Assembly: GCA_041586955.1 (NCBI GenBank)
Contig: JBFGZE010000043.1
Coordinates: 1-26,266, forward strand
DNA length: 26,266 bases
Direction of reading: 5' to 3'
From: Bacteriovoracaceae bacterium
GTDB lineage: Bacteria > Bdellovibrionota > Bacteriovoracia > Bacteriovoracales > Bacteriovoracaceae
Shown here piece by piece: positions 1 through 8,534 of the stretch. The notes below the pieces were generated by a model. The model saw only the letters and a program-made list of their open reading frames with translations. It was not told the origin of the DNA and did not search any database. The position numbers were made by a program, and so were the translations under genes. Position 1 is the first letter of the stretch. Every line of letters starts with the position of its first letter.

Positions 1-1
1 C

Positions 2-166
2 CTTTGTGGACAAGATGCTAAGAAGTGGGAAGAAGTAAAAGCTGCTGCAATTAAGTCCATCGACTCTAGAATCACTTTCTGGAATAATGTATCTGAAGAA
101 ATTGATTGCTACCTCCCAAGCGTCGACAAAGAAAGAGAACTAATTATGGAAGAAAATACCCTGTAG
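2..166 (+). CDS. 3' end of a probable DUF3050 (heme oxygenase-like) protein, truncated by the window edge
   Basis: Frame starting at nt 2 reads LCGQDAKKWEEVKAAAIKSIDSRITFWNNVSEEI...ENTL* (TAG 164-166). This resembles the DUF3050 C-terminus pattern LCGxDxxKWxExxxAAxxxLxxRIxxW. Not in the ORF track. Confidence 0.6.
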   Translation, partial: LCGQDAKKWEEVKAAAIKSIDSRITFWNNVSEEIDCYLPSVDKERELIMEENTL

Positions 167-275
167 TAAGAATTCCTGCATGTCATCGATATAGCCTATA
201 CGATTAGATTAAGCTGTACCTTCTACTGGTATAGTTTTAATTTGATAAATTAAGACTCAAGATAGGGAAAGTCGT

Positions 276-863
276 ATGGCCAAAAATGATTTACAAATCG
301 CATGGAAACGATCTGAGCAGCATGAAAGACTCATTTTTTATTTTTTAATTTTTTGGTCGTTGCAATTTTTCATTTGTGCTCCATTTTACCTAGGTGAGTT
401 TCAAGCTTCTTTTGCTTGGTCCGTGAAGTTTTTAACAGCACCTCTTTTTGCCTTATTTTTGATTATTCGAATAAAAGTTAATAATAAAAAAGTTAAACAT
501 CCAATGCCATTAATATTAATTATTTTAATGACTGGGGATGTGGTTCTCCTTTCTCCGCCTTTAGTACTCATCGTGAATGCCAATATTGGTTCTCAAGTTG
601 AACATAGTCTAAGTGGGATCGTTCAGTCAAAATGGTATTCGAGCAGCTCGAAGCATACAAGTAATGATTCTGCACATCTGAATTTTTATTCCGTTGAACT
701 CGACAGAAAATTTACGGCGAGGATGAAAAATAAAAAAATGTTTGAAGAATTAAAGATTGGAGAAACCGTCCAAACGTATTATAAAAAAGGTTTTTTTGGG
801 ATTTATTATCAAAACGATGATTATCGTGGTGTCGTAAATAGGAAAAAGAAAGATGGACGATGA
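276..863 (+). CDS. Hypothetical membrane protein (about 3 TM helices plus a soluble C-terminal domain)
   Basis: 195-aa ORF with three hydrophobic segments in the N-terminal half; AGGGA upstream of the ATG; no family recognised. Confidence 0.7.
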   Translation: MAKNDLQIAWKRSEQHERLIFYFLIFWSLQFFICAPFYLGEFQASFAWSVKFLTAPLFALFLIIRIKVNNKKVKHPMPLILIILMTGDVVLLSPPLVLIVNANIGSQVEHSLSGIVQSKWYSSSSKHTSNDSAHLNFYSVELDRKFTARMKNKKMFEELKIGETVQTYYKKGFFGIYYQNDDYRGVVNRKKKDGR

Positions 864-1127
864 TCCTATTGAGATACATCTCGTTTCTAAAATTATAATG
901 ACACTCTAATTAAATGGAGGGGAGGGGCTTTGGCATTTGAAACTGAGAGTTTTTTTTAACATAATTGATTAACTTGGTTTCTTTTTGAGTCGAATATTTT
1001 TTATGGGAAACCATGCTTGCTTAATGTACCTCATTGAACTTAAACTTAATTACTGGCAAGCCTTGTTCTTATATTTGCCGTACTATTGAGTTAGCCGGAG
1101 TGAGTAATCATCTTTGTTTATGGTAAG

Positions 1128-3191
1128 GTGTCAATGAAGCTTTTTAAAATTTATTCCATGTTTATCTTTTTCGTTGCGATAGGGGCAGGGCGTATTTATG
1201 CTGGTGACACTATCGTTCTTGCGACTACTGAGCGAGAGCCTTATATCGGAAAAAATTTATTAAACCAAGGATATGTTTATGAGCTTGTTTCAGAAGCGTT
1301 TTCACAGATGGATCATAATGTTAAATTCAAATACTTTCCTTTAGCACGAGCTATTAAAGAAACGATTAAAGGATCAACTGATGGAATAGCACCATTTTCC
1401 TTTGATAAAAAACGATTAAATGATTTTGTTTTTTCTGATCCTTTTCCAGGGGATAATCTCGTGATTTTGAAAAAGAAGTCAAGCAAGATTTCTATTCCTG
1501 GAGGTTCGATAGAAAATCTTTCCGATATTTTAAACAGTTTGAAAAAATATAAAGTTGGGATCGTTCGTGGCTCAACTGTTGCTGCAGAGTTTGATAAAGT
1601 TCAGGTTGTTGGAAAAACTTTACTTGTTAAAGATATACAAAGTATTGATATGCTTGCGGCCGGAAGAGTCGATCTGATCATCATTGATAAGTTTAGTGCC
1701 GCAGATCTCTTGACTAAAGAACGACCTCATTTAATTGGAGAATTGGAGTTCACACCTCCTGCACTAGTAAGTAATCCATTTCATGTGGCATTTTTAAAAA
1801 AATCTAAAAGAGGCGAACAATTTAAAACAATATTTAACTTAGGGTTAAAGGCATTACAAAAAAATGGAAGATTGGCCGCAATTCAGGCCAAACATGGATT
1901 ATTTTTCTCTCCAGCAAAAGCTAATAAAAAAATTAAATTGACCATCGCTACGGTTAATAACCGTGAGATGTCCATCATGCAAAATTTATCGAAGGTCTAC
2001 GAAAAAAGTCATCCTAATATCCAACTGGAGTGGCAACTAACGGATGAAAATACAATGCGCACACGTTTGCTCAGTGGCCTGGCGGTAAATGAAGGACAGT
2101 TTGATATAATGAGTATTGGAGCATTTGAAGCACCGATTTGGGCAAAAAATAAATGGATTACTCCCTTGAGTGAATTTCCTGAAGAATATGATGTTTCAGA
2201 TTTGTTAAAACCTATTCGTGAAAGCCTTTCCTATGATGGAAAATTATATGCTCTACCATTTTATGGTGAAAGTTCGATGACATATTATCGCAAGGACCTG
2301 TTTAAGGCGGCAGGAATAAAAATGCCAAAATCACCAACTTATGCAGACATTTTAAAATTCGCAAAAAAAATTCATAATCCGCAAAAAAAAATTTATGGTA
2401 TTTGTCTCCGGGGGATGCCCGGTTGGGGGGCCAATATAAGCTATTTTACCACATTGGTGAATACTTTTGGTGGGCGGTGGTTTGATGAAAACTGGAACGC
2501 CGAAATTGAATCTCCAGAGTGGAGAAAAGCATTGTCACTATACAAGCGCCTACTCACTCAATATGGACCGCCCAATGTTACTTCTCAAAGCTTTAACGAA
2601 ATCAAAGAGCTCTTTTCTAGTGGACATTGCGGGATGTGGGTTGATGCCACCGTTGCCGCAGGTATGCTCTTTGACTCTAAACAGTCAAAAGTTCATGATG
2701 TCGTAGGGTTCGCCTCGGCACCAATTGCAAAAACGAAAACAGGTTCTCAATGGCTTTGGACCTGGGCCCTTGCGGTATCATCAACTTCTAAATTTCCTAA
2801 CGAGGCCTTTGAATTTATTCGTTGGGCCACCTCTAAAGAATATATTAAACTAGTCGCCAAGCGAGATGGATGGATTTCAGTCCCTCCTGGTACCCGTCAA
2901 TCAACTTATGATAATAAAAATTATCAATCTGTCGCACCATTTGCCGATTTTATCCTATCGGCCATTAAAAATGCGAGCTCTATCAATAATACTTTAATGC
3001 CTTCGCCTTACCATGGTATTCAGTTTGTAGAAATACCTGAATTTCCTTCCCTCGGTCTTAAGGTAGGATTGGAAATTTCAAAAACTCTCAAGGGTGAAAT
3101 TTCTATTGATAAGGCATTAACCAATGGTCAGGCCATTGTTTCAAATCAAATGCAAAGATCTGGGTACACAAAAAAGAAAAAACTACAATAA
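1128..3191 (+). CDS. Secreted fusion of two solute-binding domains: family-3 (amino-acid type) SBP plus family-1 sugar/polyol SBP (SmoE/MtlE-like)
   Basis: Signal peptide ending ...IYAG. Residues about 27-258 carry family-3 features (PYIG..QGYVYELV, PLARA, MLAAGRVD). Residues about 268-680 match polyol SBPs (LTIATVNN, GQFDIMSIG, YALPFYGESSMTYYRKDLF, GICLRG.PGWG.N, MWVDATVAA, WLWTWAL, VPPGTR.STY). Confidence 0.85.
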   Translation: MSMKLFKIYSMFIFFVAIGAGRIYAGDTIVLATTEREPYIGKNLLNQGYVYELVSEAFSQMDHNVKFKYFPLARAIKETIKGSTDGIAPFSFDKKRLNDFVFSDPFPGDNLVILKKKSSKISIPGGSIENLSDILNSLKKYKVGIVRGSTVAAEFDKVQVVGKTLLVKDIQSIDMLAAGRVDLIIIDKFSAADLLTKERPHLIGELEFTPPALVSNPFHVAFLKKSKRGEQFKTIFNLGLKALQKNGRLAAIQAKHGLFFSPAKANKKIKLTIATVNNREMSIMQNLSKVYEKSHPNIQLEWQLTDENTMRTRLLSGLAVNEGQFDIMSIGAFEAPIWAKNKWITPLSEFPEEYDVSDLLKPIRESLSYDGKLYALPFYGESSMTYYRKDLFKAAGIKMPKSPTYADILKFAKKIHNPQKKIYGICLRGMPGWGANISYFTTLVNTFGGRWFDENWNAEIESPEWRKALSLYKRLLTQYGPPNVTSQSFNEIKELFSSGHCGMWVDATVAAGMLFDSKQSKVHDVVGFASAPIAKTKTGSQWLWTWALAVSSTSKFPNEAFEFIRWATSKEYIKLVAKRDGWISVPPGTRQSTYDNKNYQSVAPFADFILSAIKNASSINNTLMPSPYHGIQFVEIPEFPSLGLKVGLEISKTLKGEISIDKALTNGQAIVSNQMQRSGYTKKKKLQ

Positions 3192-3206
3192 TTAAGGATT
3201 AAAATT

Positions 3207-3238
3207 TATTCTCAACCTTTTCATCAGTATTGAGAATA
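3207..3238. terminator. Inverted repeat, possible (bidirectional) terminator after the SBP gene
   Basis: TATTCTCAA (3207-3215), 14-nt loop, TTGAGAATA (3230-3238), just after the stop at 3191. The stem is AT-rich and therefore weak. Confidence 0.4.
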
Positions 3239-3287
3239 GAAATTGAGACTCTTTTGCAATATTTTTATTCCTTCCAGTGGTGAAGTA

Positions 3288-3437
3288 TTACAAAACTGAG
3301 AGGCAGTTCTCGGGCTCTTGAAGACTTTTTCTTACGAAACTGGAAGGCCTATCATAATTTCCGTAGTCTTGAGGTGTTTGCCTAAGACCTAATAACCTTT
3401 CTTTTGCTGCTAAATAGATGTAATTCAAGGTTTTAAT
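3288..3437 (-). CDS. Candidate unannotated 49-aa small ORF (ATT start, or TTG start at 3428)
   Basis: AAGGAG (3448-3443), 5-nt spacer, then ATT AAA ACC TTG..., giving (M)KTLNYIYLAAKERLLGLRQTPQDYGNYDRPSSFVRKSLQEPENCLSVL*. No in-frame ATG. Confidence 0.35.
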   Translation of the reverse strand: MKTLNYIYLAAKERLLGLRQTPQDYGNYDRPSSFVRKSLQEPENCLSVL

Positions 3438-3515
3438 ATTGACTCCTTTGTCGATGTTTAATGATGCTTATATCTTAGCAAGACATTTTGCATACTTGTT
3501 AGAATTTCGGACAAG

Positions 3516-3551
3516 TTCGGGAAATGCTAAGGGATGTTCGGCAAAAACGAA
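3516..3551. promoter_or_regulatory. Tandem LysR-type boxes TTCG-N7-CTAA (3516-3530) and TTCG-N7-CGAA (3537-3551)
   Basis: Read directly: TTCG GGAAATG CTAA and TTCG GCAAAAA CGAA, starts 21 bp apart; both contain the T-N11-A LysR core. Confidence 0.65.
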
Positions 3552-3726
3552 TTAATATTAATTTAAAGTGAGTCTAACTCTCTAAGTTTATACACTATGA
3601 TGGTGGAAGGGGAAAATATATATTTTGGTAAATTTCCCCAGTATAAGGAAGTCCTTATTTCCACCTTTGATTCAAAATGTTTCATATTTTTAGGCTTAAG
3701 TCTTTTACGAAAAGAAAGGAGCGAGA

Positions 3727-4014
3727 GTGAGTACAGATATAAAATCATTAATTCCAAAGAAAAGGGGAAAGCTGCTTAGAAGTCAAGAAGATCAACTTTT
3801 GCTGATGAACGATAGTGGAAAGATATTTTCTACAAACAAAGCTCTTGTTACGACATGGCAGCTCTGCATGGGTGATAAAAGTGTTGATCAAGTATGCCAA
3901 GGGCTGGAGAAGAGTACTGCTAGCGACGCTTTGGTTATAGATAAAGACCCCATGCATTTTATACAAAAGCTGGAGTCGGCAGAGCTGATTGTTTTAGAGA
4001 ATAAAAGAGAATAA
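3727..4014 (+). CDS. Stand-alone PqqD/RRE-like protein (paralog 1)
   Basis: GTG start with AAGGAG RBS. The pattern LLLMNDSGKIFSTN..LVTTWQLCMGDKSVDQV...D.MHFIQKLESAELI fits the PqqD 3-strand/3-helix signature (G..Y.LN....IW.L.DG..SV..I...F...L....LI). Confidence 0.75.
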   Translation: MSTDIKSLIPKKRGKLLRSQEDQLLLMNDSGKIFSTNKALVTTWQLCMGDKSVDQVCQGLEKSTASDALVIDKDPMHFIQKLESAELIVLENKRE

Positions 4015-4024
4015 GTATCAAACC

Positions 4025-4074
4025 ATGGCAAACGCAAAATGTGGAATATTCGACATAGAGTAAATTTATGCCAT
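4025..4074. terminator. Imperfect nested inverted repeat between convergent genes
   Basis: ATGGCA (4025-4030) and TGCCAT (4069-4074) enclose ATGTGGAAT/ATTCGACAT (4039-4056, one mismatch). Confidence 0.3.
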
Positions 4075-4092
4075 TTATAGCTCTAATAAAAG

Positions 4093-5640
4093 TTAGATGT
4101 TAAGAAGTTGGCCAGCGTAAATCTTATTGTTTCTTAGCGAATTTTTATTACGTAAGTATTTAAGTGATTTTTTATATAATTTGGCAATCTTGAGTAAGCT
4201 ATCTCCTTTTTTTACCTTGTATTTAAAATTTTTAACGTCTCTTGAAACGTTAAGCTTTTGTCCAACATATAATGTTTCTGAAATAAGCCCATTGAGCTTT
4301 TTTAGATAAGAAACACTCAGTTTAAATTTATTGGCCACCTTGCCGAGGTAGTCGTTTCTTTTCACGAAATAGAACTTATCACCATTGACCTTTCGGTATC
4401 GAGTTTTTCGTATTTTTAATTTTTGCCCTGTGTATATTTTGTTACCCTTAATATTGTTATATCGTCTTAAATTATTGATTGAAATCTTAAATTTCTTTGC
4501 AATCTTAATCAGAAAGTCACCCTTTTTAACAGTATAAAGGCCAGGATTCGAATGGGAGCTTTCTTTTTGACTGCTACGAGCTATTTTTTCATAGGAGTTA
4601 ATTAACTTGTTTTTAAACTGAGGATAAACCCAAAGGTCATACTTTTTTTGCCATCCAGGTATTTTCCTCATTTTAAGTGCGGGGTTTATATTAACAAGAC
4701 TTTGGTAAGACATTCCGATGTGTTTGGAGATCGTTTTCAAGCTGACTCCGCCAGACACTTCAACCGCTTCGACGTTAGGGTAATTTTCCCTATCTTTGAC
4801 CTTTAAATCGTGTTTTTCTAGGTTTTCTCCAATATATGCTGCGGCAATAAATTTGGGGACATAATTTCTAGTTTCTCTTGGTAGTAGCTTTTTTTCAACT
4901 AATTGCCAGAAGTCTCTTGTTTTTCCTTTCATAATGGCCCTTAGCACTCTTATTTCACCACAATTATATGCCGCTAAAGCGAGTTCCCAAGAGTTAAATA
5001 CATTATAAAGATCGTTTAAATATTTCACCGCTGCTTCAGTGGAATGAATAGGGTCTCTTCTCTCATCGATTAATGAGTTTATTGTTAACCCATATCTTTT
5101 GGCGGTGCCTTTTATAAACTGCCAAGGACCAACTGCACTTGCTCTGGAGTATGCATTAAGATTGAAGCCGCTCTCTATTAAAGGAAGGTAGTAAAGCATA
5201 GCTGGGAGCTCTTCTTCTTCGAGGACTGTTTGAATAAGCTCTTTGTAGTAAGAGCCTCTTTGAATATATCGAGAAAACCTGGCCTTATCTTTTTTGAGGA
5301 AGTAATTCATCCATTTTTCAACATGTTTGTTTTTGTAGAGAGTAAATTCATGCTTATCTAAAACTGTTTGACTTTTCTCAATAGCAAGCGGCCTTACACT
5401 TTTACCTTTTATCGCCCCTATATCTTTCTTGATTTCTTTATTTAGGGGTTTTTTTTCTATGGCAGGATTATCCTTTAGGTATAACGTCTCAGCACTCTTA
5501 ACAGGTTGATTCACATTCTTTTTATTATCTAGAATAGGATAATCACTGAGGTGAGAACTTGAGTTCAAAGGACTTATGTTTGAACAAGAAGAGGAGAGGA
5601 GAATTATTAAAATTGAAATTTTTATATTTATGACTGACAT
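4093..5640 (-). CDS. mltD: MltD-like lytic murein transglycosylase lipoprotein with C-terminal LysM repeats
   Basis: Lipobox LSSSC. SLT motifs LPLIESGF, SRASAVGPWQFI, DERRDP, LALAAYNCG, LPRETRNYVPKF. Three LysM repeats (YTVKKGD.., YFVKRND.., YKVKKGDSL..). Confidence 0.9.
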   Translation of the reverse strand: MSVINIKISILIILLSSSCSNISPLNSSSHLSDYPILDNKKNVNQPVKSAETLYLKDNPAIEKKPLNKEIKKDIGAIKGKSVRPLAIEKSQTVLDKHEFTLYKNKHVEKWMNYFLKKDKARFSRYIQRGSYYKELIQTVLEEEELPAMLYYLPLIESGFNLNAYSRASAVGPWQFIKGTAKRYGLTINSLIDERRDPIHSTEAAVKYLNDLYNVFNSWELALAAYNCGEIRVLRAIMKGKTRDFWQLVEKKLLPRETRNYVPKFIAAAYIGENLEKHDLKVKDRENYPNVEAVEVSGGVSLKTISKHIGMSYQSLVNINPALKMRKIPGWQKKYDLWVYPQFKNKLINSYEKIARSSQKESSHSNPGLYTVKKGDFLIKIAKKFKISINNLRRYNNIKGNKIYTGQKLKIRKTRYRKVNGDKFYFVKRNDYLGKVANKFKLSVSYLKKLNGLISETLYVGQKLNVSRDVKNFKYKVKKGDSLLKIAKLYKKSLKYLRNKNSLRNNKIYAGQLLNI

Positions 5641-5652
5641 AAACTATATTTT

Positions 5653-5707
5653 ATAGGTCAAAACGAAATGATAAAGTGGGAAGAAGTTAAAGTTAGGAAA
5701 ACCCGAA
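5653..5707. promoter_or_regulatory. Pair of LysR-type boxes upstream of the mltD-like gene
   Basis: ATAG GTCAAAA CGAA (5653-5667, one mismatch) and TTAG GAAAACC CGAA (5693-5707) in the 69-bp gap between lysR and mltD. Confidence 0.5.
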
Positions 5708-5709
5708 GC

Positions 5710-6669
5710 CTAGGTTAAAAGTTCATCAGACACATCTGATACTTCGATTTGAAGCTCAACGTCTTCATAGCGTTCTGGGAGATTGGAAAACTTAGACTTT
5801 ATAAGTTCTTTTAGTTTCTTGATAGATATTAAATTTTCGTCTCTTTTTTTCCAAATGGCGTAGAGTGATAAGGTTAGTGGATTATCGAGGTCAAATATTT
5901 TAAGCCCGGGGTATTTTTTTAATGGGTTTTTGGCCAAAAACATAACGCAACGGCCTCTAGAACAAAGATTTTTTATAAATTCGGGGTGATCACTATAAAT
6001 CTTTTCCTTTGGAATAACACCACTTTTCCTTAGATGCTGGTATATGGCCTTGTTTAAGGTTTTATCCCAAGAGCTTTCGGCAAATGGAATATTAATCATC
6101 AGATCTTTTTTGTCTTTAAACTTACGAAAAAGCTTATTTGAACAACAGAAAGCGATCTCAAAGGAGCCAATTTCAGCATGATCTAGTATTTTTCTTTTAG
6201 GTTTTCTAAGTGAAATACCCCAATCAATATTATCTTGGAGAATATTATCTATTAAAACCTCGTGCTCCACCTGTCGTAAAGTATTGACCGTCCCGTACGG
6301 GGCGTAGTTGTCCCAATATTGAGAAGCAAACTCTACCGACAGGTCATAAGAAATTGTCTCTTCAATTCCAATATTTACGGGGTAGCCCCCGATGTCATCT
6401 TCAGAAAACTTTTCAAGAACACGACTTCCTTCTTCAAATATAATTTTAGAGTGCTCAAAAAGAGCTTGCCCATCGTTTGTGAGAGCTAATCCTTTGGAGC
6501 TTCTTGTAAATAGCTTTTTTGAGAACCTTTCCTCTAATTTCTTTAATTGTTCGCTAAGTGTAGAGGGCGCTATTTTTAAAGCATTGGCGCCTTGCTTAAG
6601 AGATTGGGCCTTCGCAACTTCATAAAAGCCATATAAGTGATTCCAGTTAATGTCTTTGAGTCGATGCAA
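5710..6669 (-). CDS. LysR-family transcriptional regulator, NhaR-like
   Basis: TTG start with AGGAG RBS. N-terminal HTH INWNHLYGFYEVAK...APSTLSEQLKKLEE...KLFTR..KGLALT resembles NhaR (INYNHLYYFW). LysR effector domain follows. Confidence 0.9.
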   Translation of the reverse strand: MHRLKDINWNHLYGFYEVAKAQSLKQGANALKIAPSTLSEQLKKLEERFSKKLFTRSSKGLALTNDGQALFEHSKIIFEEGSRVLEKFSEDDIGGYPVNIGIEETISYDLSVEFASQYWDNYAPYGTVNTLRQVEHEVLIDNILQDNIDWGISLRKPKRKILDHAEIGSFEIAFCCSNKLFRKFKDKKDLMINIPFAESSWDKTLNKAIYQHLRKSGVIPKEKIYSDHPEFIKNLCSRGRCVMFLAKNPLKKYPGLKIFDLDNPLTLSLYAIWKKRDENLISIKKLKELIKSKFSNLPERYEDVELQIEVSDVSDELLT

Positions 6670-6684
6670 TTGTTCTCCTGTCTT

Positions 6685-6924
6685 TTAGATCCAGTTTTGT
6701 AAAAGCACTTTTTCAAATCGTTCAAAGAATACTTGGATTTTATTTTCGCCTATCTTACCTTGGATAAAACCCAGCCCAAACTCAGGATGCTTGATAAACT
6801 GACCGATTTGGTGTGGCCTACTTTTGTTATATTTTGTTGGTTCTAGACTGCTCGATTCTATAAGTGATTGTAAATACTTTCTTTTTGCGGTTATATTTTT
6901 CCACTCAGTTATTTTTTTAAGCAT
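6685..6924 (-). CDS. Small protein resembling the PcrA/UvrD C-terminal Tudor-like domain, stand-alone
   Basis: GGAGG RBS. IGQFIKHPEFGLGFIQ..IGENKIQVFFERFEKVLL matches the G..V.HP.FG.G.V....V.F..G.K.L pattern. Stop lies 15 bp upstream of the lysR start. Confidence 0.65.
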   Translation of the reverse strand: MLKKITEWKNITAKRKYLQSLIESSSLEPTKYNKSRPHQIGQFIKHPEFGLGFIQGKIGENKIQVFFERFEKVLLQNWI

Positions 6925-6959
6925 AACGCCTCCAGTGTTAATATTAGTATAACAGAGTG

Positions 6960-7006
6960 GTCGGAAAAACCGAAATGCAGGCAGTCTTTGGTTCGGTAAA
7001 AGCGAA
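6960..7006. promoter_or_regulatory. Pair of LysR-type boxes in the divergent promoter region of the Tudor-lysR operon
   Basis: GTCG GAAAAAC CGAA (6960-6974, one mismatch) and perfect TTCG GTAAAAG CGAA (6992-7006), starts 32 bp apart; a typical position for LysR autoregulation. Confidence 0.7.
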
Positions 7007-7083
7007 CTCGGATACCGCCTTACCCTTTATATAGAAAAAGTATTTTATGATCAAGCAATTCACAATTCACATGTCGCGCTGAT

Positions 7084-7362
7084 ATGGCCTTATTGATAGA
7101 TCAATTGCTTCCTTTATTAACTCTAAGAGGGAAAGTAAAAAGTTGCACCTGTTTGGAGCTGGGGATTACCTGTAAGTTTAAGTCTGATTTAACCTCCTTA
7201 GCGACAGTCTCCAACGAAATTAGTTTTGTGAAAATAATTTCTGATGTTATTATCTTTTTACATAATGGTGACCTTATTAAATCGGGGGAACCAGATGAGT
7301 TATGAGTAAATCCTCAATATTCCCGCCTGGAAGAGTTTTGGCAAAGGTTAAAATTTAAATGA
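7084..7362 (+). pseudogene. Decayed C-terminal remnant of an amino-acid (GlnQ-like) ABC ATPase
   Basis: LLIDQ (Walker-B-like), then TVSNEISFVKIISDVIIFLHNGDLIKSGEPDEL*VNPQYSRLEEFWQRLKFK*, which parallels VTHEMxFAxxVADRVIFMxxGxIxExGxPxELFxNPQxxRxxxFL. Internal TGA at 7303-7305; the final TGA (7360-7362) overlaps the HDAC ATG. Confidence 0.6.
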
Positions 7363-8381
7363 CAGGAAAAATACCAGCATTTTTTCATACTTCACAATTA
7401 GATTTTCATCCAAAGTATGAATGGGCACTAGGAAATAAAATAAAGCATCCCGAATCAACGAGAAGGGCGGAATCTATTTATAGAGAACTCAAAAAAAATC
7501 ATGCTAAATTTGATATTATTGAACCATCACGAATTCCTCTTAAAGCGATTAGAGAGTCACATAATTACCAATTAATTACATTATATAACACTGCTTCGTC
7601 ATTGGGAGAAGGAGTGGAGTTTTACCCAAGCGTATTTCCTCAAAGAATGAAGGCCAGTCCAGACCCTACCAATATTTATCACGCAGGGTTTTATTGTTTT
7701 GATAGTGGCACGCCATTGAATAACAAAACATGGTTGGCGTCCGCGTGGAGTGCTAGTACCGCTTTTTTTGCTGCTGATTTTGTGCTTAAGGAAAAAGGGC
7801 AGTATTCCTACGCCCTCAGTCGCCCTCCAGGACACCATGCATCTAGAGATACCTACGGGGGATATTGCTATTTCAATAATGCAGCAATAGCAGCAAAGCT
7901 TTTAAAAAAGAAAGGTCGTGTGGCGATTATAGATATTGATTTTCATCATGGGAATGGGACTCAAGAAATATTTTATAAAGATGACCAAGTCTTTTTTATC
8001 TCTCTTCACGGTGACCCCCGCGATTACTTTCCTTATTTTTGTGGATTCCCTTCCGAGATAGGTCAAGGAAAAGGAGAGGGATATAATCTTAATATTATTT
8101 TAGAGGATGGATGCAATATAAGAAGCTACTTAAAGGCGTTAAAGGAAACTGTTCTGCCTACAATCAAAAAATTTGAACCTCAATACTTAATCATTTCTGC
8201 AGGTTTTGATACCTATGAATTAGACCCTATTGGAAAGTTCAAGTTAAAGACAAAAGATTTCTTTAATATCGGTGAGGTCTTTAAAAACCTGGGGCTACCT
8301 ACTGTTATTCTGCAGGAAGGAGGCTACCATACAAAAGATCTTGGGAAGAATGTTGTGAGCTTTCTTGATGCCTTTGTATAA
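7359..8381 (+). CDS. Histone deacetylase-family amidohydrolase (acetylpolyamine amidohydrolase-like)
   Basis: HPES..RA, RPPGHHA, GGYCYFNNAAIAA, IDIDFHHGNGTQ, SLHGDP, SAGFD and QEGGY are all present. Confidence 0.92.
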   Translation: MTGKIPAFFHTSQLDFHPKYEWALGNKIKHPESTRRAESIYRELKKNHAKFDIIEPSRIPLKAIRESHNYQLITLYNTASSLGEGVEFYPSVFPQRMKASPDPTNIYHAGFYCFDSGTPLNNKTWLASAWSASTAFFAADFVLKEKGQYSYALSRPPGHHASRDTYGGYCYFNNAAIAAKLLKKKGRVAIIDIDFHHGNGTQEIFYKDDQVFFISLHGDPRDYFPYFCGFPSEIGQGKGEGYNLNIILEDGCNIRSYLKALKETVLPTIKKFEPQYLIISAGFDTYELDPIGKFKLKTKDFFNIGEVFKNLGLPTVILQEGGYHTKDLGKNVVSFLDAFV

Positions 8382-8534
8382 ATAAGCCGGATTAACCAAA
8401 AAAATCACCCATAAAGGTTGCTTTTCTCTCGTTTCGTGTCAATTATTTGGGGCCGAATATTTTTGATTTAATTTAAGACCGAAGATATTGGAAGCTTTAC
8501 CGTTGGAAATGAACTATCGGAAGAGTTAATAGGC

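Noticed and set aside
3506..3551. TTCGG repeats read as a PIP-box, LexA box or CRISPR-like repeat
   Set aside because: Spacings of 10 and 21 bp do not fit TTCGB-N15-TTCGB; the dyad does not match the LexA boxes I know; there is no repeat-spacer array.
3563..3779. ORFs 3597-3779 (+) and 3563-3757 (-)
   Set aside because: No recognisable motif; both overlap the RBS and start of the better-supported PqqD-like gene.
7303..7305. In-frame TGA as evidence of stop-codon recoding
   Set aside because: Other genes here end normally in TGA (for example at 863 and 8535) and use TGG for Trp; the surrounding frame is decayed.
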